Notes under the pieces: generated by a model
The model's database searches: none
What the model was told of the DNA's origin: nothing
Seen by the model: only the letters and a program-made list of their open reading frames with translations
Translations under genes and position numbers: made by a program
Part shown: in pieces, positions 1-9,780 of the stretch
Position numbering within the stretch: the first letter of the stretch is position 1
Layout: each line of letters begins with the position of its first letter
NCBI GenBank assembly: GCA_963795085.1
Contig: CAWCFX010000002.1
Location: 407,952-471,951, forward strand
DNA length: 64,000 nucleotides
Direction: 5' to 3'
DNA from: an uncultured Gemmatimonadales bacterium
GTDB taxonomy: Bacteria > Gemmatimonadota > Gemmatimonadetes > Gemmatimonadales > GWC2-71-9

Positions 1-1009
1 GCAGCAGCGCCTGGAGGCTCTCCAGTTCGGCGGGGGGAAAGGGCAGGATGACGGCCCGCGACCGGTTCTCCGAGGGGACGTAGTAGCGGACCAGGAAGGC
101 GCCGAGGATGGCCTCGTCCGGCTCGCCCTCCACGTTCTCGAGGAATCGATGTTCCCGGCTGATGACCCGGCCTTCGCGGACCCGGATCACGGTGCCGACC
201 GCGTCGTCCCGGTCGCGGGCGAACCCGATGGCGTCGGCCTCGCCCAGCCCCACGGTTTCGACCGCCGCCGGCGCCTCCAGCTGTTCCAGCCACTTGAGCG
301 TGTCGCGGAGGTCCCGGGCGCGCTCGTAGTCCTGCCGGTTGCTGGCCCCCAGCATCATGTCGCGAACCCGGGCCCGGACATCGTGCGTGCGGCCGCCCAG
401 CACGTCGAGCACGTCGTCGATCATGCGGCGGTATTCGTCCTGCTGGTGCCAGCCGACACAGGGCGCCAGGCAGCGGCCGATATGGAAATCGAGGCAGGGG
501 CGGTCGCGCCGGTCAGCCGGGATATCGTCCTGGCAGGACCGCACCGTGAAGATTCGCCGGATGAGCGCCAGCATCCGCCGCATGTCGGCGACGTCGGTGT
601 AGGGACCGAAGTAGCGGGCCCCCGCGATGTCGCGGTTGCGGGTGACCAGGACGCGGGGAAACGGGTCCCGCAGGGTGACGGCAATCGACGGATAGCTCTT
701 GTCGTCCTTGAGCCGGACGTTGAACCGGGGCTGGTGTTCCTTGATGAGGTTGTTTTCCAGGAGCAGGGATTCCGGCTCCCGGGGCACCACGATGGTCTCC
801 ACGTCGGCGATGAGCCGCACCAGCAGCTGGTTGCGGGGGCTGCCGTCATAATCGGCCGTGAAATAGTTACGGACCCGGGAGCGGAGCCGCTTGGCCTTGC
901 CGACGTACAGCACCTCGCCCCGCGCGTCCTTCCACAGGTACACGCCCGGCGAATCGGGGAGACTGTCGATGGTGCGCTGGAGACGCTCGGAAACGCGGGG
1001 TTCGCTCAT
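1..1009 (-). CDS. uvrC: Excinuclease ABC subunit C (3' end outside window)
   Basis: Manual translation from ATG 1009: MSEPRVSERLQRTIDSLPDSPGVYLWKDARGEVLYVGKAKRLRSRVRNYF (GIY-YIG N-terminus); the frame stays open to the window edge. Confidence 0.93.
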   Translation of the reverse strand, partial: MSEPRVSERLQRTIDSLPDSPGVYLWKDARGEVLYVGKAKRLRSRVRNYFTADYDGSPRNQLLVRLIADVETIVVPREPESLLLENNLIKEHQPRFNVRLKDDKSYPSIAVTLRDPFPRVLVTRNRDIAGARYFGPYTDVADMRRMLALIRRIFTVRSCQDDIPADRRDRPCLDFHIGRCLAPCVGWHQQDEYRRMIDDVLDVLGGRTHDVRARVRDMMLGASNRQDYERARDLRDTLKWLEQLEAPAAVETVGLGEADAIGFARDRDDAVGTVIRVREGRVISREHRFLENVEGEPDEAILGAFLVRYYVPSENRSRAVILPFPPAELESLQALL

Positions 1010-1032
1010 GGCGGGTCGCTTCGGGCCTGGCG

Positions 1033-2571
1033 CTACCGTCCCCGCCTCGCCAACCGGCCGGCGAGCGCGGCGGCCTGGGGAATTCGCAACGCGAAGGTGA
1101 CCACCCAATATACCAGCCCATACAACCCGAGGACGGCGGCGGCCGTGGTGACGGGATGGAGCAGCGGCATCAGCCGGTATAGCCCCCACGCGGCCGCTGC
1201 GGCCAGCCCCGCAGCGCCCCAGAGGCGCACAACCAGTCCGGCCGCAAGCCCGGTGGGCCCTAGCCGCCGGTTCAAGGTTTGCCGGAGCAGCACGAATTCC
1301 ACCCACCCGGCCAGTCCGGCCGAGGCGGTCAGGCCGGCGGCCCCCCACTTCGGAGCCAGCCCGAGCAGGCCGGGGAGGGGAAAGGCGAACAGGTAGCCCA
1401 GGCCGATGGTCAGCGTGACCCGCAGGAGGGCGAAGCGGAGCGGCGTCCGGGTGTCTCCCAGGGCATAGTAGGTCGAGGCGTAGAGCCGCCCCAGCGTGCT
1501 GGCAAGCAGGCCCACCGCCGACCCGGCCAGGATGCCCCAGACATACTCCGCGTCATGGGCGGTAAAGCGACCGCTCTGATAGATGGCGCCCGCGATGACG
1601 TGCCCCAGGGCCGCGAACGCCATGGCGGACGGAACCACGAAGAAGGCGATCTGGCGCAGCCCGGCGTTCAACCGGTCGCGGAGATAGTTGCTGACCGAGG
1701 CCTCGTCTCCCACTGCGCTGGACATGGCCGGGAGCTCCGCTGCCGACACCGCCATGCCGAAGAGGCTCACCGGGAGGGTGTAGAGCGTCTGGGCATATCC
1801 CATGGCCGCCACCGCCCCCGCCGGGAGCAGGCTGGCGAGCACCTCATCGACATAGGCGCTGATCTGCACCACGCCCCGGCTGATGAACGCGGGAACGAAG
1901 TTCCTGGCCACGGTGCGAACATGGCTGGACGACGCGGAGACCGCGAGCCGAAACGGGCCCAGCACGCGAAGCACGGCCGGAACCTGAACTGCTACCTGCA
2001 GGAGGCTGCCGAGCACCGAGCCCCATGCCATCCACTCGGCCAGGGCCGGCAGGCTGCTCCGGGGTCCGAATCCGAGCAGGGCGGTAATGATTGCCGCATT
2101 CCAGATCACCGGCGCCGCGTAGGAAAGGAAGAAGCGGCGGTGGCTGTTGAGGATCCCCAGGCACCAGGCGGAGAACACGAGCAGGCCCGCCCCGGGAAAC
2201 AGGATCCGGACCAGCCGAACGGTGAGGTCACGCTTGGCGCCATTGAAGCCTGGCGCGATCAGGTCGACCAGGACCGGCGCGGCGAGCACTCCCACCAGCA
2301 CCAGCGCCGCCACCAGGAGCCCCAGCAGGCCCGCCACGGCCCCCGCGACCCGCCGGGCGCCCTCCTCGTCGCCCCGGGCCCGGAGGCCGGCATAGACGGG
2401 GATGAACGAGGCCGAGAGGGCGCCTTCGCCAAAGAGATTCTGCAGCAGGTTGGGAATCCGGAAGCCGGCCGCGAACGCGTCGGCGGCATCGGAGGTCGCA
2501 AAGTAGTGGGCGAAAACGCGCTGCCGGACGAGCCCCGCGATCCGGCTTAGAAAGATCCCGGCCGCTACCAT
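1033..2571 (-). CDS. murJ: Lipid II flippase MurJ/MviN
   Basis: SRIAGLVRQ, AFAAGFRIPNLLQNLFGEGALSASFIPVY motifs; many TM segments. Confidence 0.95.
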   Translation of the reverse strand: MVAAGIFLSRIAGLVRQRVFAHYFATSDAADAFAAGFRIPNLLQNLFGEGALSASFIPVYAGLRARGDEEGARRVAGAVAGLLGLLVAALVLVGVLAAPVLVDLIAPGFNGAKRDLTVRLVRILFPGAGLLVFSAWCLGILNSHRRFFLSYAAPVIWNAAIITALLGFGPRSSLPALAEWMAWGSVLGSLLQVAVQVPAVLRVLGPFRLAVSASSSHVRTVARNFVPAFISRGVVQISAYVDEVLASLLPAGAVAAMGYAQTLYTLPVSLFGMAVSAAELPAMSSAVGDEASVSNYLRDRLNAGLRQIAFFVVPSAMAFAALGHVIAGAIYQSGRFTAHDAEYVWGILAGSAVGLLASTLGRLYASTYYALGDTRTPLRFALLRVTLTIGLGYLFAFPLPGLLGLAPKWGAAGLTASAGLAGWVEFVLLRQTLNRRLGPTGLAAGLVVRLWGAAGLAAAAAWGLYRLMPLLHPVTTAAAVLGLYGLVYWVVTFALRIPQAAALAGRLARRGR

Positions 2572-2600
2572 CAGCGCCGGTCGGGGACGGAGGGACTCGG

Positions 2601-2882
2601 TCAGGGCGCGGAGGGTGGAGGCAGCCGGGGCCGGGACGGGGCGTCTTCGACCAGCTTCTGCAGAAAGGCCGTCTCCTCCTGGAGCGACTGCACCAGCCGG
2701 GTCAGGTCATCCACTTCGCTCTCCAGCAGGTCGACCTTCTTGCCCAGCAATGCCACATCCGGGGCAATCGGCTCGGGACCTTCAATGCGTCGGCCCACGG
2801 CCTTCCCGATCGGGGAATCGGCCACGATGCTCACGATGGGGATGAGCAGCGCCACGAGGATGATGATGCCGAGGAGGACCAT
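2601..2882 (-). CDS. Small membrane-anchored coiled-coil hypothetical protein
   Basis: N-terminal TM helix followed by a heptad-like C-terminus; co-directional with the operon. Confidence 0.75.
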   Translation of the reverse strand: MVLLGIIILVALLIPIVSIVADSPIGKAVGRRIEGPEPIAPDVALLGKKVDLLESEVDDLTRLVQSLQEETAFLQKLVEDAPSRPRLPPPSAP

Positions 2883-2890
2883 GGTCGAGT

Positions 2891-4420
2891 TTAGGAGGGC
2901 GGAGGCTCGGCTTCAAGGGCCTGGGCATACCAGTGCGTGATGGTCTGGTTGAGCTGGTCCATCACCAGGGGCCCATACCGGGAAAGATAAGGCACGATCC
3001 CGAATACGCGCTCCTGGGGCTTCCCCTCGGGGAAGACGGCGAGCCGCGCCCGTTCGATCTGGGCCATCTCGGTTTCGTGGCGGCGGCGGAGATGGGCCAC
3101 GACCCGCTTTTCCAGGTCGCGGCTCTCGGACAGGGCATGCCGACGGGCATTGTCCACCGGACGCGCCAGGTTGGGATCCACCTCCAGGGCAAGGGGCTGC
3201 ACCCGGCCGTACAGCCTCTCCACCGAGCGGCGGAGGTCCTCCAGCCCGGACACCAGTCCCGGCGGCAACTGGGAGCGGACCACCCGGGTTTCGAGGGCGC
3301 GCGCCGGCGCAAGCAGGTCCTCCAGAGTCGCCTCGTACTTACCCAGGGTGCGATCGACCCGGGGCTCCACCAGGATGCCCGACCACCGGGGTACCGGCAG
3401 CTGCCGGTGGACCCGCATCCGGTCGTAGACCGGCGCGGCGAGGGGGAGATAGCGCAACTCTCCCGGGCCGGCGACATAGGCGACGGTCGGCAGCAGGGCG
3501 CTCTCCAGCACCGGCCGCAGGAGCACGTTGCCCGACAGCCGCTCCGGCTGGTCGGCGGCGACCCGCTGGAGGTCGGCCATCGAAAACCGTTCTCCGCTTC
3601 GCCGGGTCACGAACCCGTTCCCGTCCAGGACCAGCCGGTCCCGGCCCAGCCCGCTCTCGAGCATCACCAGGGTGGCGCCGTCGCCGGCGGTGACGCCGGC
3701 GTCATGGCCGGCGCCGGCCAGTTCCCGGGACCGCCCGGCCAGGTCGTGATCGAGATCGCGGGCCAGCCCCAGCGCCTTGATGACGTGACGGGCCGTGGCC
3801 CGCTTGGCGGCCCGATGGGTGTTGTCGAAACAGAGCACGCCGAACGGAGCCAGGAGTTCGGCCAGCGCGCCGGCAAAACTGCCCGCCACCGTCGCGTCCG
3901 GCCGGTAGTAGCGGGCCAGCCAGGCGAGGGCATCCTGTTTGAAGTCCGAACCGGGCAGATCCCGCTCCAGCCGGGTCAATGCGGCGGTCACCTCGGCTCC
4001 GAGCAGCTCCCGGTACATCGGGGTCAGGTCGGCATCGGCCGGTCGCTCTCGCAGGGTGGCCCGCGCCACCCTGCCCTCGACATCGGGCCAGGCCGTATGA
4101 CTGGCTTCGGTAAAATCGTGATCATCGCCGGCGATCCAGAACACCGCCTGGACCGGGCGCTGCCAGCGTTCCTCCAGGTGCCTGGCAAGTGCCGCGGCGG
4201 AGAGCGCCTTGTGGATCGTGTAGAGCGGGCCGGTGAACAGCGCCGGCTGCTGGCCGGTGGTGACCATCAGGGTATCCGGCGCCAGCGCCTTGTCCAGCAA
4301 CTCCGTCGCGGGCGACCCGGGCGGCGCGAGGAATGCCTCCCGTAATTCGGCGAGCTGCTGGGGAGGCCGGGCGGGGGGCCACTCCAGCGGAGCGGTGATC
4401 GGCGTGGTGACGATGCGCAC
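2891..4420 (-). CDS. bshC: Bacillithiol biosynthesis cysteine-adding enzyme
   Basis: VTTGQQPALFTGPLYTIHKA, FWIAGDDHDF, YVAGPGELRY and PQER motifs. Confidence 0.92.
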   Translation of the reverse strand: MRIVTTPITAPLEWPPARPPQQLAELREAFLAPPGSPATELLDKALAPDTLMVTTGQQPALFTGPLYTIHKALSAAALARHLEERWQRPVQAVFWIAGDDHDFTEASHTAWPDVEGRVARATLRERPADADLTPMYRELLGAEVTAALTRLERDLPGSDFKQDALAWLARYYRPDATVAGSFAGALAELLAPFGVLCFDNTHRAAKRATARHVIKALGLARDLDHDLAGRSRELAGAGHDAGVTAGDGATLVMLESGLGRDRLVLDGNGFVTRRSGERFSMADLQRVAADQPERLSGNVLLRPVLESALLPTVAYVAGPGELRYLPLAAPVYDRMRVHRQLPVPRWSGILVEPRVDRTLGKYEATLEDLLAPARALETRVVRSQLPPGLVSGLEDLRRSVERLYGRVQPLALEVDPNLARPVDNARRHALSESRDLEKRVVAHLRRRHETEMAQIERARLAVFPEGKPQERVFGIVPYLSRYGPLVMDQLNQTITHWYAQALEAEPPPS

Positions 4421-4422
4421 GG

Positions 4423-5139
4423 TCAGGCCCGGCGGGAAAAGATGATGCAGCGGGGGGAGTCGTCTCCCAGGGGTTCACCCCGGTAGGAGCCCCGGGTCTC
4501 CATGATCTCGGCGCCGGCCCGCCGGATCATGGACTGAAGCAGCGGAGGATCGAGGAGGCGCACCCGCTCCATGAACTTCCGGCCCTCGGGGGTTTCGATC
4601 ACCTTGACCACGTAGGCTCCCTCTGAAGAAAGCCGGCGGCTCACCCGCGCGGGCCCGGTGCCGAGCGCGATGGTTTCCTGGGGCACCAGGTCCCGGGCCA
4701 CCCGCGCGGCGTTGAGAAAATCGAGGACGAACCAGCCACCGGGGCGTACACTCTCGACCATGCCGGCCAGCGCGGCGTCGTGTTCCTCATCATTGGAAAA
4801 GTACCCGAAACTGGTGAACAGGTTTACCGTGAGGTCCATGCTGGCGGGGCGAACCGGGAGCGAGCGCATGTCGGCACGAATGAGGGGCGCTTCGGTTGCC
4901 AGCCGAGCCCGGCGGAGCAGGCTCATCGAGAGATCGAGCCCGTAGACCCGGGCACCGGCCGCGGCCAGGGCCCGGGCATGCCGCCCTGCCCCGCAGCCCA
5001 CATCGAGCGTCCGCCACCCGTCCCGCCAGGGGATCACCCGCCGGATGAGGCCCACCATGGCCTCGGCATCGGCGTCATTGCGGTGGGGATAGAGCTGGAG
5101 GTACTCCTCCCCGAACCACTCTTCGAACCACTCCGTCAT
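4423..5139 (-). CDS. Class I SAM-dependent methyltransferase (possible NmbA-like)
   Basis: LDVGCGAGRH motif I and NLFTSFGYF; start reassigned to ATG 5139 (MTEWFEEWF). Confidence 0.88.
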   Translation of the reverse strand: MTEWFEEWFGEEYLQLYPHRNDADAEAMVGLIRRVIPWRDGWRTLDVGCGAGRHARALAAAGARVYGLDLSMSLLRRARLATEAPLIRADMRSLPVRPASMDLTVNLFTSFGYFSNDEEHDAALAGMVESVRPGGWFVLDFLNAARVARDLVPQETIALGTGPARVSRRLSSEGAYVVKVIETPEGRKFMERVRLLDPPLLQSMIRRAGAEIMETRGSYRGEPLGDDSPRCIIFSRRA

Positions 5140-5170
5140 CGGGTCCCTTCGGCTTGCGGGCGGCCGGCTC

Positions 5171-5638
5171 TCAGCGCCGGCCCTTGTGGTACGGTTCGCC
5201 CCGCAAAATGGTAAAGGCTCGGTAAAACTGTTCCCAGACGACGACCCGGGCCAACTCGTGCGGAAGCGTGAGCGGCCCCAGGCTCCAGGCATGCTGGCAG
5301 CGCGCGATGAAGTCCTGGTCGAGTCCCGTGGAGCCGCCGATCGCCAGCGCCAGCGGCCGCGCCTCCAGCTGCCATCGCTCCAGCCGCCGGGCCAACTCCG
5401 GGCTGGACCATGGAGAACCCTGGCGGCTCAGCGCGATGACGGTCGCCCGGGCGGGCAGTTTCGACTCGATCAGCCGGGATTCATCGAGGTTGGTTTCGGC
5501 AGGAGACCCGGTGCGGCGGGACTCCCGGATCTCGATTTCGGACACCGACGCGTATCGGCTGAGCCGCTTCTGGTACTCATCGCACGCCTGGCGGTAGCAG
5601 GGGCGCAGCTTGCCGACCGCCAGCAGGATGATCTCCAT
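5171..5638 (-). CDS. rlmH: 23S rRNA m3Psi1915 methyltransferase
   Basis: AVGK, IGGSTG, TLPHELARV, C-terminal PYHK (SPOUT fold). Confidence 0.95.
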   Translation of the reverse strand: MEIILLAVGKLRPCYRQACDEYQKRLSRYASVSEIEIRESRRTGSPAETNLDESRLIESKLPARATVIALSRQGSPWSSPELARRLERWQLEARPLALAIGGSTGLDQDFIARCQHAWSLGPLTLPHELARVVVWEQFYRAFTILRGEPYHKGRR

Positions 5639-5653
5639 CAGGCCGCGACGGGG

Positions 5654-6961
5654 CTATGCGTACATGCCCCGCAGCCGGTGCACGGCGGCGACCCGCTCGA
5701 TGGAAAGCATATAGGAGGCGGTCCGCATGTTCACGCCGTGCTTGTCGGCGATCGCCGCGACTTCGGCGAAGGAACGGACCATGATCCGCTCCAGCCGGTT
5801 GTTGACGGTGTCCTCGTCCCAGAAGTACCCGCCCCGGTCCTGCACCCATTCGAAGTAGCTCACCGTGACCCCACCGGCATTCGCCAGAATATCGGGAATG
5901 ACGAAGATCCCCTTCTTGTCGAGGATCGGGTCGGCGGCCGCGGTGGTGGGGCCGTTGGCCCCCTCGCAGATGATGCGGGCCCGGATATCGCCTGCGTTCT
6001 CGCTGGTAATGACGTTCTCGAGGGCGGCCGGGACCAGTACGTCGCAATCGAGAGTAAGCAACTCTTCGTTGGTGACCCTGGTCGCGCCCTTGTACCCTTC
6101 CAGGAACTTGTGGTCCCGGGTGTGCTTGATCACATCCTCGATGTGGAGCCCCTTGGGGTTGTAGATGCCGCCGGTCTTGTCGCTGACGGCCACGATGGAC
6201 AGGCCGGCCCGTTCCATCAGCAGCGCGGCGATCGACCCGACATTGCCGAAGCCCTGGATCGCCACCCGGGTACCCTCCACCGGCATCCCCAGTTTCCTGA
6301 GCGCCTCCACCGTCACGATCATGCAGCCCCGCCCGGTGGCCTCCCGGCGGCCGAGGGACCCACCCATCTCAACCGGCTTTCCGGTCACCACCGCGGTCAC
6401 CGTGTGCCGGTGGTGCATGGAGTAGGTATCCATGATCCAGGCCATTACCCGCTCGTTGGTGTTGACATCGGGGGCCGGCACGTCGGAGTCGGGACCCAGG
6501 GTCTCGATGATTCCCGCCGTGTACCGCCGGGTCAGTCGCTCCAGCTCCCGGTCCGACATGCCGGCCGGCTCGCAGATCACGCCCCCCTTGGCACCGCCGA
6601 ACGGGATATTCACCACCGCGCATTTCCAGGTCATCCAGGCGGCGAGCGCGGTGACTTCGTCCAGGGTCACATTCATGTCGAACCGGATGCCGCCCTTGGC
6701 CGGCCCCCGCGAGGTGTTGTACAGCACCCGGTATCCCGTGTAGACCTCGACCTCGCCGTTATCCCGCAGGACCGGCACCGAGATGATGATCTGCTTTTCC
6801 GGGCTCCGCAGCACTTTGTACAGGCCGGGATCCAGTTTGAGCCGTTCCGCCGCGTCGTCGAACCGCGACATCATGGCCTCGAACGGGTTCTCCTCGCTGG
6901 TGAAGCGGGTGTCCCGGTCGGGACGGATCAGTTTCTGGGGTCGGCCACTGGTGGTCGTCAT
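5654..6961 (-). CDS. gdhA: Glutamate dehydrogenase (Glu/Leu/Phe/Val family)
   Basis: [39 protein letters not shown]. Confidence 0.93.
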   Translation of the reverse strand: MTTTSGRPQKLIRPDRDTRFTSEENPFEAMMSRFDDAAERLKLDPGLYKVLRSPEKQIIISVPVLRDNGEVEVYTGYRVLYNTSRGPAKGGIRFDMNVTLDEVTALAAWMTWKCAVVNIPFGGAKGGVICEPAGMSDRELERLTRRYTAGIIETLGPDSDVPAPDVNTNERVMAWIMDTYSMHHRHTVTAVVTGKPVEMGGSLGRREATGRGCMIVTVEALRKLGMPVEGTRVAIQGFGNVGSIAALLMERAGLSIVAVSDKTGGIYNPKGLHIEDVIKHTRDHKFLEGYKGATRVTNEELLTLDCDVLVPAALENVITSENAGDIRARIICEGANGPTTAAADPILDKKGIFVIPDILANAGGVTVSYFEWVQDRGGYFWDEDTVNNRLERIMVRSFAEVAAIADKHGVNMRTASYMLSIERVAAVHRLRGMYA

Positions 6962-6986
6962 AGTGAGAAATAGGCTCCAGGTACAG

Positions 6987-8036
6987 TCATGGTGAGAGTC
7001 GGGACACCGGGGTTACCACGGCATCCAGTCCAGCGGAAATCTCCTCCTCGCCCTCTTCCCAGGTGAGGTCGAGCACGGCGACCAGGGGTTCGGGCGCATT
7101 ATTGGGCCAGCGGTCCCGCAACTTTACCGCGTCCTTCTCGGTGATGACCACGTGGTCCGCGCGGCGCGCCGCGTGGGCCAGCCAGGCGACGTCCTCGTCG
7201 CGGTAGTCGTGGTGATCCCGCCAGGTGGCCACCTGGACGGCGGCGCCGGTCGCCTTGGTCTGGGCCACGAACGCTTCCGGGTCGGCGATGCCCGACGCGG
7301 CCACTACCCGGCGGCCCCGAAGGTCGCTGGCCGGCACCCCTCTCCCCGACACCAGCCCCTCCAGCCGGCTCAGGCCGAGATGGGCGATGGCGACCGGCCC
7401 GTCGATCCGGCCCAGCATTTCTTTCGACAGCTGAAGGGCGGCCTCGGCACTGGCCCGCTTGCGGGTGATGATGATCGCATCGGCGCGGTCCAGCGCATTG
7501 ACGCTCTCCCGCCAGGGCCCGGCCGGCAGGGGCCAGCGCACCGCCCGGGTGGTCTCCGCGCTGATCAGCACGATGTTATAGTCCCGGCGGACATCCAGGC
7601 GCTGGAACGCGTCATCGAGAATCAGCACATCGGCACCCCGGGCCAGCGCCCGTTCGGCGCCGGCGGCGCGGTCCGGGTCCGGCACAACCACGCTCTCCGG
7701 CACCGACCGGGCATGCACCCTGGCCTCGTCTCCCCCGATACCACGCAGGAGAATGCCCGGTGTGAGTCCGCGAGCCGCATAGTATCGGGCGATCCAGATC
7801 GCGACCGGCGTCTTGCCAGACCCGCCCACCGTCAGATTCCCGACCGCGACCGAGGGCAGCGGCAGGTCGTGGGTCTCGAACCAGCCGCGCCGATAGGCGG
7901 TGGTGCGCACGTTCATCGTGACCCTCCACAGGGCCGACGCGGGCAGCAGCGCCAACCGCGCGAGTCGGGCATCGATCCGCCGGCTGGTCCACAGCCAGCG
8001 GATTACGCGGTGGGTATCGCCCCGCCGTCCCGGCAT
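6987..8036 (-). CDS. lpxK: Tetraacyldisaccharide 4'-kinase
   Basis: [26 protein letters not shown]; lpx cluster. Confidence 0.93.
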   Translation of the reverse strand: MPGRRGDTHRVIRWLWTSRRIDARLARLALLPASALWRVTMNVRTTAYRRGWFETHDLPLPSVAVGNLTVGGSGKTPVAIWIARYYAARGLTPGILLRGIGGDEARVHARSVPESVVVPDPDRAAGAERALARGADVLILDDAFQRLDVRRDYNIVLISAETTRAVRWPLPAGPWRESVNALDRADAIIITRKRASAEAALQLSKEMLGRIDGPVAIAHLGLSRLEGLVSGRGVPASDLRGRRVVAASGIADPEAFVAQTKATGAAVQVATWRDHHDYRDEDVAWLAHAARRADHVVITEKDAVKLRDRWPNNAPEPLVAVLDLTWEEGEEEISAGLDAVVTPVSRLSP

Positions 8037-8659
8037 GCATCCTCCACGACCTGGTTCATTGCGCTCCTGGTCATCTCAAGTCCCCGCGCCAGCCCTTCAT
8101 CTCCAGCCGCCACGAGGAAGGGCTCCCCGTACGTGATCCGCACCCGGGCGAACGGTTTCGGCAGCATGAACCGGTCCCATGACGCGAAACGCCAGGCCCG
8201 CCGAGCCTCGGCATGAATGGGCAGGATGCGCACCCCTGCCCGTTGCGCCGCCGCCACCACGCCCGGCTTGAGTTCCCGTCGCGGCCCCCGGGGTCCATCG
8301 GGCGTGAACGCCACCGGATGACCGGCTTTGAGGACTCGTACCGCGCCAAGCAGGGCCCGGGCTGCTCCCCGGGTACTGCTGCCCCGCACCAGCCGGTAAC
8401 CGATCGTTTCGGCAAAGCCGGCGAGATACTCGCCATCGCGCGCCTCGCTGACGACGATCGCGATGCCCTGCCGACGGTGCTGCCAGAGCAGCGGGAGCAG
8501 GGCCTCGTGCCAGAGCACGAAGAGATACGGCTCCCCCGAATCGCGCAGCCGGAGCCAGTGATTTTCGTGCGCCACCTGCATACGCCAGGTCCGGGCCAGC
8601 AGCGACGCCAGCGGGCCACCCAGCCGCCGGCCGAGGGGCCGGAGCCAGCGCAGTTTCAT
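8003..8659 (-). CDS. DUF374 / lysophospholipid acyltransferase family protein
   Basis: WH...RGSSTRGA, TPDGPRGP, SWDRFMLPKPF; start reassigned to ATG 8659. Confidence 0.88.
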   Translation of the reverse strand: MKLRWLRPLGRRLGGPLASLLARTWRMQVAHENHWLRLRDSGEPYLFVLWHEALLPLLWQHRRQGIAIVVSEARDGEYLAGFAETIGYRLVRGSSTRGAARALLGAVRVLKAGHPVAFTPDGPRGPRRELKPGVVAAAQRAGVRILPIHAEARRAWRFASWDRFMLPKPFARVRITYGEPFLVAAGDEGLARGLEMTRSAMNQVVEDACRDGGAIPTA

Positions 8660-9780
8660 CGGCCGATAAGCTGGGCGGCGATTCCGGCCACCCGCCCGGC
8701 GGCACCCGGCACGCCCAGCCGCGTCCGCACCAACCGCATCCCGTCGCGCTGGGCAATGGTCTTCGGGTTCCCGGGATCGAGCAGCGGCCGGATCTCCTCC
8801 GCCAGTCGGCGGACCGTGACCGCCTGCTGGGCCAGTTCGGGAACGACTTCGCGTCCGGCGACCAGGTTGACCAGGCTGATCCACTCCACCCGGAGAAGGC
8901 GCCGGGCAATTTCGTAGGTCCAGGGGTGCGTCCGGTAGGCCACCACCATGGGCGTATCGGCCAGCGCGGCCTGCAACGTGGTCGTTCCCGATTTCGCCAG
9001 CACGGCATCGGCAGCGGACAAGACCGTCATCGGGTCGTCCCGGTGAATCAGCACCGGCCCGGGGTCGGGGTAGTCCCCCGCCGGGGTGGCGGCCATGATG
9101 ACGTGCTCGCAACGTCCCTCGGCCAGCATGAGCAGAGCCGTGTCGCGGAACCGGGGCCAGTGGTTGCGTACCTCCTGCGCCCTGCTGCCCGGAAAGATAG
9201 CCAGTACCCGCGCCGCACTGGGGAGGCCCAGGGTGCGGCGGGCGACAGCCCGGTGGTCGGGTCCCGGCGCATGGTCCACCAGCGGATGTCCCACGAACTC
9301 CGCGACCAGGCCCAGCCGGGCGAAGGCCTGTTCTTCGAAGGGGAGAATCACCGCCAGCCGGTCCACGATGCCGTGCAAACGGCGGGCCCGGCCGGGGCGC
9401 CAGGCCCAGAGCTGGGGAGGGATGTAGTAAAGGACGCGGGCGCCGGATTTCCGCGCCAGGGGGGCCAGCCGGAGGTGAAAACCAGGATAGTCGATCAGGA
9501 GGACGAGGTCATACGCCTCCTGCGTGAACCGCCGCCGCAGGGTCCGCAGCAGCCGCAGGTGGGCCGGCAGCGACTCGATGACCTCGATGAACCCCATGGC
9601 GCTGTATTTTTCCATGGGGTACAGCACGTGCGCCCCGGCCGCCGCCATCGCGGGGCCACCGAAGGCGTCGATGCGGGCCCCGGGATACCGCTGTCGCAAC
9701 GCCTCGACGACCCCCGCGCCGTGCAGGTCGCCGGAAGGTTCTCCCGCCGAAACGAAGATCCGGACCGGCCCAGCGGTCAT
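8656..9780 (-). CDS. lpxB: Lipid-A-disaccharide synthase
   Basis: AGEPSGDLHG, IDYPGFH, PQLWAWR, FVGHPL, PGSR, KSGT. Confidence 0.95.
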   Translation of the reverse strand: MTAGPVRIFVSAGEPSGDLHGAGVVEALRQRYPGARIDAFGGPAMAAAGAHVLYPMEKYSAMGFIEVIESLPAHLRLLRTLRRRFTQEAYDLVLLIDYPGFHLRLAPLARKSGARVLYYIPPQLWAWRPGRARRLHGIVDRLAVILPFEEQAFARLGLVAEFVGHPLVDHAPGPDHRAVARRTLGLPSAARVLAIFPGSRAQEVRNHWPRFRDTALLMLAEGRCEHVIMAATPAGDYPDPGPVLIHRDDPMTVLSAADAVLAKSGTTTLQAALADTPMVVAYRTHPWTYEIARRLLRVEWISLVNLVAGREVVPELAQQAVTVRRLAEEIRPLLDPGNPKTIAQRDGMRLVRTRLGVPGAAGRVAGIAAQLIGR

